Assembly: GCF_018977255.1 (NCBI RefSeq)
Contig: NW_024704742.1
Location: 136,588,001 to 136,652,000, forward strand
Length of the DNA stretch: 64,000 nt
Direction of reading: 5' to 3'
Source of the DNA: Callorhinchus milii
Lineage: Eukaryota
Positions 11,619 to 23,835 of this stretch are shown here, piece by piece. The position numbers and the translations under genes are program-made. A model generated the notes under the pieces. The model saw only the letters and a list, made by a program, of their open reading frames with translations. It was not told where the DNA came from and did not search any database. Each line of letters starts with the position of its first letter. The first letter of the stretch is position 1.

Positions 11619-11698
11619 CTGTAGCTGCAATGATGACCTTCTTAGGACACCTTTCGATTAATCGTGAAAAGAATTTTTTTTAGTCTGAGCTGCTACAG
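11619..11698 (+). ncRNA. SNORD58: C/D snoRNA U58 copy 1 (RPL17 intron 1)
   Basis: C box ATGATGA 11630, guide cttaggacacct, D box CTGA 11685, terminal stem ctgtagc/gctacag. Confidence 0.9.
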
Positions 11699-12310
11699 TC
11701 TGACTTCACAGTGAAGGCCTTTGGTTGCCCTGTGTTGTATATGCACCTGTGGTAGTGGTTGAACCAACTAAATTATTGGAAGAGATTGTTTATATGTATG
11801 TGTGGCATTATCAGGGCTCATTGGTCAATTGAATAGCAACTTATGCCAGGGTCCACTGACTCCCAAATACAGAAAGGATCAATTTCAAGATTCTCTCACT
11901 CGTTTTCAAATCCCTTCATGCCCTCGCACCTACCTACCCATCCCACCTGCTTACCCCCCACTCCCATCACCTGCTGCCTCCGCTTGGCTGGCTCCGGCCT
12001 CCTGTGTGTCTTTCATTCCCTCCGCTCCACCATCGGCAGCTGTGCCTTCAAACATGCTATTCAAAATTGGAACTCCACCTCAATCCCTCGGCCTTGCCCT
12101 CTCCCTCTGCACTTTTAGTCTGCACACTGACTAAGGACCTTACTTTTTGATCATGTTTACGGTCTTCCCCCTAGCTCGGGGTCAGACTCCACCATTGTCA
12201 AGAGTGAAGGGCACTATATATATGCAAGTTGTTGCTATTGTCCACTGTCAAGAAGCTGTTGGTTGATACTAACTTGCGTTTTTACTCTGCTTCCTAGTTC
12301 CCCTCCGAAA

Positions 12311-12350
12311 ATGGTCCGCTACTCACTAGACCCAGAGAACCCCACAAAAT
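12311..12350 (+). CDS. RPL17: 60S ribosomal protein L17 (uL22), coding exon 1 (exon starts 12298)
   Basis: MVRYSLDPENPTK; ttcctag acceptor, gtaagt donor. Confidence 0.97.
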
Positions 12351-12441
12351 GTAAGTGATTCTGCTTCGCATTGTGCTTCTGAGACATTGCAGCGATTAAA
12401 GAATTATGTAACTGACCTGTCCTTGTTTGTGCTTTTTGCAG

Positions 12442-12482
12442 CATGCAAAGCCAGGGGATCCAACTTGCGAGTACACTTCAAG
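12442..12482 (+). CDS. RPL17: RPL17 coding exon 2
   Basis: (S)CKARGSNLRVHFK; ag/gt boundaries, phase consistent. Confidence 0.97.
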
Positions 12483-12539
12483 GTAAGGGTCACCTGAATG
12501 CTGATAAAAACTGGAAACAGCACAGATTTTGGTGTCAAC

Positions 12540-12618
12540 TGTAGCTGCAATGATGACCATCTTAGGACACCTTTCGATTAATCATGAAAACAATTTTTTT
12601 TTAGTCTGAGCTGCTACA
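12540..12618 (+). ncRNA. SNORD58: C/D snoRNA U58 copy 2 (intron 3)
   Basis: C box 12550, guide cttaggacacct, D box 12606, stem tgtagc/gctaca. Confidence 0.9.
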
Positions 12619-12624
12619 TTCACA

Positions 12625-13435
12625 TAGGGAAGTACGAAGTCATCCACCTGGGTAGCAAAAACAGTAGAGCGGGTTATTTTTTAGAAGGGGAGAGATTGGA
12701 ATGTGTTAGTGTCCAGGGGGGAATTGGGTGTCCTTGTACACCAATCACAGAAAGTTAGTCTGCAGGTGCACCAAGCAATTAGGAAGGCGAACGGTATGTT
12801 AGCATTCATTATGAAAGGATTAGAATATAAGAGTAGGGAAGTCTTGCTGCAACTGTATAGGGCCCTGGTGAGACCACACCTGGAATACTGTGTGCAGTTT
12901 TGGTCTCTTTATTTAAGGAAGGATGTACTTGCCTTGGAAGGGGTGCAGCATAGATTTACCAGGTTAGTACCAGGGATGAAGAGGTTGAGTTACGAGGATA
13001 GGCTGACCAATTTGGGCCTATATTCTCTAGAATATAGAAGAATTAGAGGGGATCTTATAGAAACCTATAAGATCATCAAAGGGCATAATAGAGTAGATAG
13101 TGGGAGATTGTTTCCCCTGGTTGGAGAACTAAAACCAGGGCTCACAACCTTAAAATCAGAGGCAGCCCTTTCGCATTGAGTTGAGGAAGAACTTCTTCAC
13201 TCAAAGGGTGGTGATTGTATCAAACTCACTACCCCAAAGGGCTGTTGACGCTCAGTCCTTGAACATATTCAAGACTGAGATAGATATATTTCTTATTGTA
13301 AAGGGAATTAAGGGATATGGGGATAAGGCAGGGTCAGGTTATTAGCTGGAGTTAGATTAGAAGATCGGCCATGATTGAATGGCAGGGCAGGCTCGAAGGG
13401 CCGAATGGCCTACTCCTGCTCCTGCATGTTATGTT
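12625..13435 (+). mobile_element. CR1 LINE 3' fragment
   Basis: LLQLYRALVRPHLEYCVQFWS..RGDLIETYKI; tail ggccgaatggcctactcctgctcct. Confidence 0.9.
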
Positions 13436-14762
13436 ACTTTGCTTGTCCCCACAAATAAAGTCAGTTCACTGTACAGTAGTACTTTGAGACGTCTTGAAGA
13501 CATGATAAGACGCTATATCAAATGCAAGAATTATTATTAACAGCACCTTGGGACATCCCCTGACCCAAGAGGTGTAGTGCAAATGTAATTTGTTGTTTTA
13601 ATTGAACATTCACATACGCAGTCAGTTTTCAAGACTGAGATGGCTAGATATTTGGTAGGTAAGAGTCTAGAATAACACAGCAGGTTCAAGGGGCTGAATA
13701 GCCTACAACCGTTGCAAAGCCTTAGGTTATTTACCTGGGCAGAATAGCCCCTGGGCACCAATCTGTATCCATACTGGACTGATGCTACTTCCCCATGGAC
13801 TGAACCAATAGAAAAGTGCAGCCACACCCATCATCTTCTAAAAATCACCATAAATGTAGTTTCTGACCCACTGGCCGCTCGCATTGTTTACCTGAATTCA
13901 CTGCCTGAGCGGCTCCGCATGTGGTTTGCAGCTCGAGAAGAAAATGGGCTTCACTCGGAGGCTCCGTTGTTGTGATTGTCTGTGAGTGTGTGTCTATGTG
14001 AGTGTGTCTATGTCTTCTACGTGTGTACGTGTTTCTTGTCTTGAGTGTATGTCTCTCTGTGAATCTGTGTCTCTTGAGTGTGTGTCTCTTGCTGGGTCTC
14101 TGTGCCTGTGTGTAGTGAGAGGCAGGGGGTGGTAAGCACCTGTACCCTTGCTGGTGCCACCCCCACCCCAAAATGGCCACCCAGTTTTTGTTAAAGAAGC
14201 AATCAATTTTTTTTGCAACTATATTAACGTGTTATTTCCTTAAGTTTAGTTTTTATCAATAACATACAAACGTGCAGCAGTAAAATGTACCTCAATAACA
14301 CCAACCAGTCCCCGCAATTACCCGTAAGATCTGCAGAGTGTTCCGCTTTTTTTGCAAAAATGTTTGCACTTTGCTATTCCCCCCCCCCCCACATGTTACT
14401 AAATACACCGCTCCTTGTTGAGGTGATACTTGAAATAACTGGAGCTTTCATTGGGACTTTACTACGGCACCTGTTGGAGAGGGGGAGAATGCTCTTAGTC
14501 AAGTTTACGTATATTTGATGGAAGAATCCAGAATATAGAATTACTCTTCAGAATTTGAGAACATCGTGTTTGGAATAGTCATGAGAATCTGTATTTTATC
14601 TGTGTAGACATGCTCATATCCCTGAGTTCTCCAGGCCATATTTTGTGAGTCTCCTGTTACCTAATGGTGGTTCTGTCAGGATTGCTTAGCATTGGAGAGC
14701 ATATGACAGGGCTTGACTTGTCTCATCGTGAGATTGTGACCGCAACGGTTTTGTTTCTCTAG

Positions 14763-14897
14763 AACACTCGTGAGACTGCCCAGACCATCAAGGGGATGCA
14801 CATCCGCAAAGCGACCAAATTCCTCAAGGATGTCGTCATCCAGAGGCAGTGTGTTCCCTTCCGACGCTACAACGGTGGAGTTGGCAGGTGTGCTCAA
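14763..14897 (+). CDS. RPL17: RPL17 coding exon 3
   Basis: [45 protein letters not shown]; ag/gtgagt. Confidence 0.97.
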
Positions 14898-15065
14898 GTG
14901 AGTTGTGTGTGCGTAGGCGACAGTGCCCAGTAACCTTCAGCAGTAAAGAAAGGCAATCTGAGCTCTCTTATATAAGGAGCAGTTGCTTTTGATTGCTAAA
15001 TGTTTCTACTACTTAGCAATTTATTTAAGTAGCATTGAAATTGTTTCATAGATGTGAACTGAAAA

Positions 15066-15148
15066 CTGTAGCTGCAATGATGACAATCTTAGGACACCTT
15101 TGGATTAATCATGAAAACAAATAGTTTTTTAAATCTGAGCTGCTACAG
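15066..15148 (+). ncRNA. SNORD58: C/D snoRNA U58 copy 3 (intron 4)
   Basis: C box 15077, guide cttaggacacct, D box 15135, stem ctgtagc/gctacag. Confidence 0.9.
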
Positions 15149-15567
15149 TCTTGATTTCACAGAACTTTCTCCAAACCACTGGTAAATGAGAGAAATGTCT
15201 GGTCTGTTTCCATATCTGACCGCTATGGTCCTCTGCATGTAAAGCCGCTTCTAATTGGAACGCTTGCCAGAGGAACATCTTGTGGAAACAAATTTGCAGC
15301 AAGGAGACAGCAAGTGTTGCCAAAGTAGATTCATCTTGCGGAATCTACTTTAAATTTTTATTTGTCTAATTTCCCATATTTTTAATTCTAGTCGTCTGGT
15401 TAAAGGCTTTTAACCAAATGAGAGACTCTACTTGCTGTTCCTGGCTGCAAATTTAATGTTTTCTCTCAGCCAGCCTGGGGTGTTTTGCTGAATGTGCCAA
15501 AGTGCGTTTAAGCCACATGTGTGAAGACAGGCGTTTTTATATTGTTTGCTTGGGCGTAAATCAATGA

Positions 15568-15708
<141 letters not shown>

Positions 15709-15721
15709 TGATTATCTAAGC

Positions 15722-15845
15722 CAGGGTGGTCCAACCTTTTGGCTGCAAGTTATGGAGGGAAGGGTAGGCCAGATGAAGTGGAGGAGGGGGTGAAATCAGC
15801 CTATGGGCCGGTTGTGGCCCATGGGCCGCCAGATGGACCACCCTG
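15722..15845. mobile_element. hAT (Charlie-like) MITE
   Basis: TIR cagggtggtcca/tggaccaccctg, subterminal tggccc..gggccg motifs, degenerate 8 bp TSD atctaagc/gcctaagg. Confidence 0.7.
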
Positions 15846-16045
15846 GCCTAAGGAATGTGTAAAAGTCTTGACAGCTAGTATCTACTCTGACTGCCGGAAT
15901 TGAATCAGAGAAACTATACCGAATAGCCTTTGGCTAGTCTTTTATCTGCTTTCCCTAATGAGTGAGATATTGCATTGATAAGGATTCAGATCTGAACATC
16001 ATTGTAGAAGGTACCTGTTGTAGATAGTTGTGCTGACCAACATAT

Positions 16046-16122
16046 TGTGGTTACAATGATGACCATCTTAGGACACCTTTGGATTAACCGTGAAAGGAAG
16101 ATATTTTGTCTGAGTAACCACA
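16046..16122 (+). ncRNA. SNORD58: C/D snoRNA U58 copy 4 (intron 5)
   Basis: C box 16056, guide cttaggacacct, D box 16110, 9 bp stem tgtggttac/gtaaccaca. Confidence 0.9.
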
Positions 16123-17456
16123 TGTAAGATGGCCCAGTGTGCAGCCGAGCAGCTCTTTGGGGGTTGAATTAGAAGTTTCAGGCAATCAGAATGCAGAATG
16201 TTCACTTTGTTTTTTGTAAATTAAATTAATGCGCACTGTGTAGTTGAGGAGAATCAGAGTATATATTCTATAGTTTGAAGAGAGAGAACACCCGTATAGA
16301 ATCCTACAGCACAGGAGGCTAATTGACCCACTGTATCTCTGCCAGCTCTTTGAAAGCTACCCACTTCAAGTAAATATCCAGTACGCTCTTTTCATGGTAA
16401 ATGGCATGGGTATGAGTGATGGATGCCATTTTAGCATCTTTTCTCCCAAGGTTCATGTGACCACAATTATCTCTTCTAGCTTGGACGGTATTTATATTTT
16501 ATGTGTTTGGTTTAGATGGCTGTGAGAGTGTTGTACTCTTTGTGCACCTCACAGAAGTGTGCTTGATCATGAGCCACACTGTATTTTATAGCCTTCGTAA
16601 TTGCATGATTTCTTGCTAATTGCAAATCACCCTTGTTGGGATCTTCTTGAGAAGAATTGGGTTACAGTGGAAAATTAAACTGAATGCATTTTCAACACAC
16701 TCCTCCCTACTGGAACCAGTTCAATCCACTTAAAACACTCATAATTTTTTGCATGTGTTACTTATTTTATAATGCTTAAAAAGGTTGACAGGCCGTGTGG
16801 GTCGTTTTTTTTAATCTGCTGTATATTCAGTTAACACACGTTTTCTTTGACTACTGGAGCCTGACTTGAAATCTATTCCATTTAATCATCTGCTTAGGAT
16901 TGGAGCAAAGGCTTGAATCTCACATGGTGAGGTAATAGTAGGAAAAACATTGTACTGCCTTTGCTGGCCTGAGAACATAAGAATTGCTAGATGAAAGAAG
17001 ACCAACGCCCGCCCAATTCGCTTTCCAAGATCCATTGAAAATGCATGTCGTCCCAAACTATATAACTCTATCCCCAATGCTGAGATAAACAGAAATTTAT
17101 CTTGCTGTGTGCAATTGCCTACTGCATTTCGCCAAGAAAATATACAATTCACTTTACAGTATATTCTGTGAAGTGCTTTGAGATATCTCAAAGACGTGAT
17201 AAGGCACTACATGAAGGATTAGCTCATTTTTGAAAGAATCAACACTTTCTGCTTCCACCGTCTCACTAGGAAGCTTGTTCCATACATTTACATCGCTCTC
17301 TGAAGTAGTGTTGCCACAGATTTGTTTTGAATTCACCCCCCTTCAATCGCAGTCCATCTTGAGTTACGCTTTAATAGTTCTAAGCCCAGTTGGGTATGGT
17401 GGTGGGTATGGGTGTTGTGAATTCTATTCTATAAGGAGATGTGCTTTACCTGGTGA

Positions 17457-17789
<333 letters not shown>

Positions 17790-17835
17790 TGAATGCTGAT
17801 TAACACTGCTGATAGTCCAGATTTTTGGTGTCAAC

Positions 17836-17918
17836 TGTAGCTGCAATGATGACCATCTTAGGACACCTTTCGATTAATAATGAAAACAACCAAGATGAAC
17901 TTAGTCTGAGCTGCTACA
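17836..17918 (+). ncRNA. SNORD58: C/D snoRNA U58 copy 5 (intron 6)
   Basis: C box 17846, guide cttaggacacct, D box 17906, stem tgtagc/gctaca. Confidence 0.9.
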
Positions 17919-19375
17919 TTCTGGCCCACTTGTTTGGAGGGCTAAGGACATTACACTTGAGCCTCACAGGTTTGGTACCAATATTACAGTGGAAAAAATG
18001 AACTCGGTGACTCTTTGACAGATTCCTCAATTTTGGAGATGGTTCATGCCACACTTGACATCCTGGAGATTTTTTTTACCCATATGGTACTTGTCTATTT
18101 CCTTAACAGGGTCACAGACTTTGTAGACCCAGAACTTTTCCAGACGCGTTTTGCACTCAGTTAAGTTGCCCAAGGCATGGGTGGAATGTAATTGTTTACC
18201 AGAGTTTATTGGCTTTAAGTTCACCAGAGTTGTAGCTGCTTCATTTGGTTATTTGCTCGTCCTATATGGCTTTTACATGCGTCTTTTCTTTCTCACGGCG
18301 ATTGGTGTTGATATTGAAAGTTCAGTTACAGTATTGGATATCACAGAGAAAGCTTTGGATTAGCCATGACAATTCAGTGTGTCTGAGTGCCTTCAACTCA
18401 ACTGCTATTTTTTGCGACGATTCAAAGTTTAAAACACTTGGATATTTAGATATATCCTTTTCTTCCCTGTCCCCCCTCACTCCACACTATCTGCCACCAC
18501 TAAATAGGACATGGATGTGTATCCAGATTCCACTTCAACTAGTGGACAGTAGTAATTATTCTCACAAACGTTCACTGGAACTCGTAGTGTCTGTGCTGGC
18601 CATTGCAGAAAGGACAATCTTGAGTGTTGACAGCCGTCCTCTCCTTTCTACCCCTGCCAATACATCTGGTTGTGGGAGAGGGGTGTGCATTGTGTCCTGC
18701 TGGCTGAGACCAATGGTAACTTTCTACACCTGGCAACTATTAGCTTGTTTATTGGCTTGTGCACTGCCACAGCAGCTTTCCTGCAGACTGATGAATATGT
18801 AGAGACTTAGCTGAGTGAGACAATCACATTAAAGACCTTAGATCTTTCATTTTTCTGCTTATGGTAATCAAACTGAAACAAACCAGGCATAAGAGTTCCT
18901 CACGCAGCGCCAAGTCCACGATTTGCGGGACGTGTTAAATGTAAAAGCTGCGGCCAGACTTTGAGCGATGCTCTAAGTGAAATCATGTTCTTCAGGTCTT
19001 CAGCCTCTCTGTTTCCATCCTTTGGAAATCCAACCCATTCACTTCGCCCCCTTCAAGTCTCATCTCAAGATCCTCCTCTTCGACCATGCTTTCTGTCACC
19101 CTCCTACTCCTTACCCTCCTGATCCTAAACCTCAGCTCAGGTGCAAATCCTGACTATCCAGTGCTTTGGGATGTCCTGACGTGAAAGGCGCTATATAAAT
19201 GTAGTTTGCGTTGTAGAAACATTTCAAAACTTGGAATAACAATGTCTACAATGCTGGTTAACTGTTCACAGATTGAGAGACGCTCTCTGACATGTGGAAA
19301 TATCTTGCAGTCAGTGTTGGAAGATTGCCCTCTATCTGCTCCATGTGGAGTAACTTTCTTTTATTTTGTTTCCAG

Positions 19376-19423
19376 GTTTCCCAAAAGAAGCTGAAGAAGC
19401 AGAAACTCATGGCTCGGGATTAA
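19376..19423 (+). CDS. RPL17: RPL17 last coding exon
   Basis: VSQKKLKKQKLMARD*; total CDS 555 nt = 184 aa. Confidence 0.97.
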   Translation, partial: VSQKKLKKQKLMARD

Positions 19424-19443
19424 ACTCGACAGTTGCTCCTGTA

Positions 19444-19496
19444 TATAAAGTTTGAAAAGAAAGCTTTTAGAAACTAACACAGTGTCTGTTTTTTTT
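19444..19496 (+). terminator. RPL17: Probable RPL17 polyadenylation signal (TATAAA variant) with GU/U-rich downstream element
   Basis: tataaa 19444-19449, gtgtctgtttttttt ~19482-19496; first canonical AATAAA only at 19594. Confidence 0.5.
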
Positions 19497-20207
19497 AATA
19501 GTTTTAATAATAATGATCCTTACATTTGTTATAGCGCTTTTCCCGTCCTCTAGATTTTAAATTTAATGCAGATAAGTGCGAGAGGAAGTGCACAATAAAT
19601 GGAAGGACAGAGATGCCTAGTGGTTCATATTACAAAGATTTGCAAACCAAGGAAGGAAGGGGTGGAGTGACCATAGGCGCAGCCCAATAAAGGTGGGATT
19701 TAAAAAGGGGGTTATTGAGGCAGTAAGTTCCAGCGGTTCTGGAGTGAACTGCCCTGGAATACTGAGGACCCGCCTGGCTCAGGAACTGGACTAGACACCG
19801 TCACAGAGGGATGGCTTGAATTTGACATTCCATTGCCAACAGTGGTGGTGCAAAGGAGAGTATGTCGTATAGTTGGATAGCAACAATGACATGTTCCGGG
19901 ACTTTGGAAAGAAAGAGCAATACAGTTGATGCCAATATACCTGTCACATGAGCACATTATAAAAAAGCTTCATAACAAAAAATTACATTTGTATAGAACC
20001 TTCCATGTTGGGGGGNAACCTCTATACATACTGCGGACCCATCTGACTACAGACTGTCACAGGAATGGCTTGATTCTGACATTCCATTGCTAAACATGTC
20101 AAGAAAAACTTGGATTTATATAGCACCGGTGTATCACCTTGGCGGCAGTTCAGCTACAAGGGGTCCCATGTGCCTGTTCTCAAATTATCGCCACCATTGC
20201 TTCCCAG

Positions 20208-21320
20208 CAACAACAGCAAAATTACATTTGTATGGCGCCTTTCACTTAGGACATCCGGCGCTGGACGGACAGAGTTACTGACCCAAGCTGAGGGTTGGGG
20301 TGGGAGAGGGTGGCGGGCAGGGGGGCAAGCAGGGAGGTTGAACACGGTTGAGATGGGTCTTGAAGGGGGAGAGGGAGGGGGTGAGATGGAGGGACTGTGG
20401 GATGGAGTTCCAGAGGGTGGGTGTATAGTAATGGAAGGAAGGCAAGCTGGGGAGTGAAGCAGGCCGGAGCCCACTGAGCAGAGGGAGCGAATGGGGTGGT
20501 AGGGGAGCGCAAGACTGTGGAGGGCTTTGAAGGAGTAGAGAAGGGTCCAGGTTTTTTTTAAGAATAGGAGTGATGACAGCGGTTTTAAAAAGGGTGGGAA
20601 CAGTACCAGAGGACAGCGAGAGGTTAACAATGTCAGAGAGTAGAGGGGCAAGGAGGTGCAGCTGGGAGGTAGGGATGGGGTTGAAGGAGCGGGTGGGGTT
20701 TCATATGGGTTGTGGTGGTGAGAGGAGAGGGAGGCAGGTTCAACGAAGGGAGGGGTGGGAGGAGAATATGGGGAGGGGCTACAGATGCAATGGAAGAGGC
20801 AACTGAGCAGATTCCCTTGACTGGATTCGAAGAAGTCCAGCATCGCCCTCGCAGTTGGGATTTGAGGTGAGGATGGGTGGCCCATGAGAGGGTGGGTGGG
20901 GGAGTCGGTTTGTGATGGGAGAAGAGGAACCTGGGGTTATCCTTAGCCTCCAAGAATTTCTTGGGAGTAGAACGACGATTTAGTGGAGGCGAGGGCGGAG
21001 CGGTAGGATTTGACATGATCCAGTCAGATCTGCCGGTGGACACGTTTGATTTAAGCCAGGTGCGCTCGGCGGAACGCGGCTGGGCTTCAAGGGAGCGGAG
21101 GTGGCTGGTGATTTGCGTGAGTAGTAGACGGTTCGGGAAGAGAGTGGATTGAGGGAAACGAGAGTGGAGGAGAGGGAGCTGGGTGGCGGTTGAAGAGTTC
21201 AGGGAGATGAAAATGATGGTCCGAGATCGCTTTGTCGATGATGGTGAGGACCGAGACGGTGAGACCCCGAGTGATCACCAGATCGAGGGGGTGACCGCGG
21301 ATGTGGAGGGAGAGATAAGG
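20208..21320 (-). mobile_element. L2 LINE with internal deletions
   Basis: Minus strand HIRGHPLDLVITRGL (endonuclease end), DNPRFLFS, 3' tail at ~20210. Confidence 0.8.
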
Positions 21321-21364
21321 GAGGAAAAGTCTGTATAGTCTCAACTATACAAAAAACCCAACTC

Positions 21365-21752
21365 CCATCGCCAGGAGGATACAGTTCAAGATCCTGGTCC
21401 TCACCTTCAGCCCTCCATGGTCTTGCTCCCCACTACCTCTCGGACCTCCTAACCCCCTACCATCCTGCTCGCTCCCTCCGCTCTGCTTCACGTCCCCCCG
21501 CTTCGCTCACCCCACCAATGGCGGGCGGGCCTTCCAGCACTCCGCTCCCACCCTCTGGAACTCCATCCCGCAGTCCCTCCACCTCGCCCCGTCCCTCACC
21601 ACCTTCAAGACCCTCGTCTTCGACCTCCTCTTGCGATCTCCCTGCTGCCCCCCCGCCCTCCCCCGTCTCGGGTCCGAAATGTCTGATCAGCGCCTCGGGA
21701 CTCCCTCCGGACCCGAAAGGCGCTTTACACGTGTAATGTTGTTGTTGTTGTT
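21365..21752 (+). mobile_element. L2 3' fragment
   Basis: IQFKILVL motif, stem-loop tail and (TTG)n. Confidence 0.8.
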
Positions 21753-21819
21753 CTCTAATCCTCTCTCACACTCTCTGTCTCACTGTTGTTGTTGTCGTTG
21801 CTCCTCCCCCCACACCCCC

Positions 21820-22070
21820 CCTCGCGCACCGGCCGCTGAGCCCCGCCCCCCTCTGTGACGTCACAATAGGCGGGGATGAGCAGCCAATGGGGAGCGGGGC
21901 GAGGCCAGGTCCCGGGTCCGCCCCGCAGTAACCGTACGGCCAATCGGGAGAGCGCCCGGGGGAGCTGGCAGCCAATCAACAAGGAGCATAACAAGGTCGC
22001 CCCGCCCCCCCTCGCGCCTGGCTCCACCTCCCCTCTTCCGGTCCTGACCCGGACGCGAAGCGAAGCGGAA
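21820..22070 (+). promoter_or_regulatory. C18orf32: C18orf32 CpG promoter
   Basis: CRE TGACGTCA 21856-21863, CCAAT at 21884/21940/21972, GC boxes, ETS cttccgg and cggaag. Confidence 0.75.
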
Positions 22071-22131
22071 GCTGAGGGGAGACACCGCGTCCGACAGTCG
22101 GCGCTGGAGGTACATCAGCGATACATCAGCG
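22050..22131 (+). other. C18orf32: C18orf32 non-coding exon 1 (5' end approximate)
   Basis: Donor GCG|gtgagt at 22132 just downstream of the promoter cluster. Confidence 0.65.
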
Positions 22132-22334
22132 GTGAGTTCCGGGGCCTGGTTTCCCGGGGGGGGGGCGGGGGGGGGGGGGGTCTCACCTCACCCACCGCAG
22201 CGATTCCCCCTCTCGCTCTCCGTCTCTCTCTCTCTCTTCTTTCTCTCTCTGTCTATTCTCCGCGGTTTGTTGACAGTTCGGGGTCTCACCCGCAGCCGCT
22301 GAACTCGACCTGAGCATCGCCATAGGGGGGGCCA

Positions 22335-22609
22335 CCGCCAGAGGGCGCTGTGGGGCACTGCCCGCGGCCTCCGCCAGGGGGGCGCTGTGGGGCACTGCCC
22401 GCGGCCTCCGCCAGGGGGGCGCTGTGGGGCACTGCCCGCGGCCTCCGACAGAGGGCGCTATGGGGCACTGCCCGCGGCCTCCGCCAGAGGGCGCTGTGGG
22501 GCACTGCCCGCGGCCTCCGCCAGGGGGGCGCTGTGGGGCACTGCCCGCGGCCTCCGCCAGGGGGGCGCTGTGGGGCACTGCCCGCGGCCTCCGCCGGGGG
22601 GCGCTGTGG
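22335..22609. repeat. GC-rich minisatellite, 36/37 bp unit, ~7.5 copies
   Basis: Unit ccgccag(a/gg)gggcgctgtggggcactgcccgcggcct starting at 22335, 22371, 22408, 22445, 22481, 22517, 22554, 22591. Confidence 0.95.
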
Positions 22610-23189
22610 GCGACACGACGACAATAATAATAATAATAATAATGATTATAATCCTTGCGTGTGATACAGTGGCCCTATCACGTCTTCTCGACGCCTCAAA
22701 GCTCTTTAAGCACACACTTAACACCAATACTTTGACCCCTCGCCTTATTATTATTATTATTTTTTGGGGTGGTGGTGGGGGTGGGGGGTGTGGGCCTCAC
22801 ATGGCCCCCAACCCGCGAAGTGCCTCGAAATCGGACGGGTGGGTTCCGGAAAGCAATCCGCGCCCTCTCAGCCGCGATCTGGTGGAACGGCGGAACAGGC
22901 TCGAAGGGCTGAATGGCCGACTCCTGTTCCTGTGATCCTCGGAGGGACATCTCCCGCTCAGCGAGTCCCCGGCGGCGTTGGGCCAAGGCCAAGGCCAACA
23001 GGAACTTCGCTCGTGGATCCCCTGTGTCTGATACGCACCTGTGTGACATCTGCAGTCGCCGCATTTAGTAGTAACGATAATCTTTTTCCTTCGATTATAC
23101 GGAAATCTTTGAAGGTGGCAGGACAGGTACAACACAAAGTTACATTGGTATAGCGCCTTTCACGCCGGTAGGACGTCCCGGGGTAGATA

Positions 23190-23835
23190 AAGCTGTCAAA
23201 AAAAAAAAAGCGTACGGGAACCTTGGCTTTAAAATAGAATACAAAAGTAAAGAGGTTATGATGAACCTTTACAAAACGTCAGTCAGGTCTCAGCGAGAGA
23301 CTGGGTTCAGGTCTGGGCCCCACACTTTAGGAAGGATGTCAAGGCATTGGAGAGGGTGCAATGCAAAGGAGATTGACCAGAATGGTACCAGGAATGAGGG
23401 ACTTCAGTTATGTGGCGAGACTAGAAAAGCGAGGATTATGTTCCTTGGAAAAGAGAAATTTAAGGTGTTCAAATTTAGAGGTGTTCAAATTTATGATGGG
23501 ATTTGATAAAGTGAACAGGGAGGAACTGTTTCCACTGGCGGGTGGGTCGGTAACCCAAGGACACCGATTTATAATAGTTGCCAAAGGAGCCAGAGGGGAG
23601 GAGACATTTTTCCAAACTGTGGGTTGTTCGGATCTGAAAAAGCATTGCCTGAAAGGATGTGGAAGCCGATTTAATAACAACTTTCAAGAGAGAAGTGGAT
23701 AGATGTTTGGGGAGGACAAATTTGCAGGGCTATGGGGAGAGCGCGAGGGAGTGGGATTAATTTGTTTAGCTCTTTCAAAGAGCCGGCACGGGCGCAATGG
23801 GCCGAATGGCCTCCCTGTGCGTTGTATGACTCTGT
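23190..23835 (+). mobile_element. CR1 LINE 3' fragment
   Basis: QRRLTRMVPGMRDFSY..LEK; tail gggccgaatggcctcc. Confidence 0.8.

Noticed and set aside
13740..14470. Possible DNA transposon remnants in RPL17 intron 3
   Set aside because: Only partial, degenerate inverted matches; no TSD
22183..22935. Overlapping ORFs and CRISPR-like periodicity
   Set aside because: Head-to-tail minisatellite without unique spacers, in eukaryotic DNA
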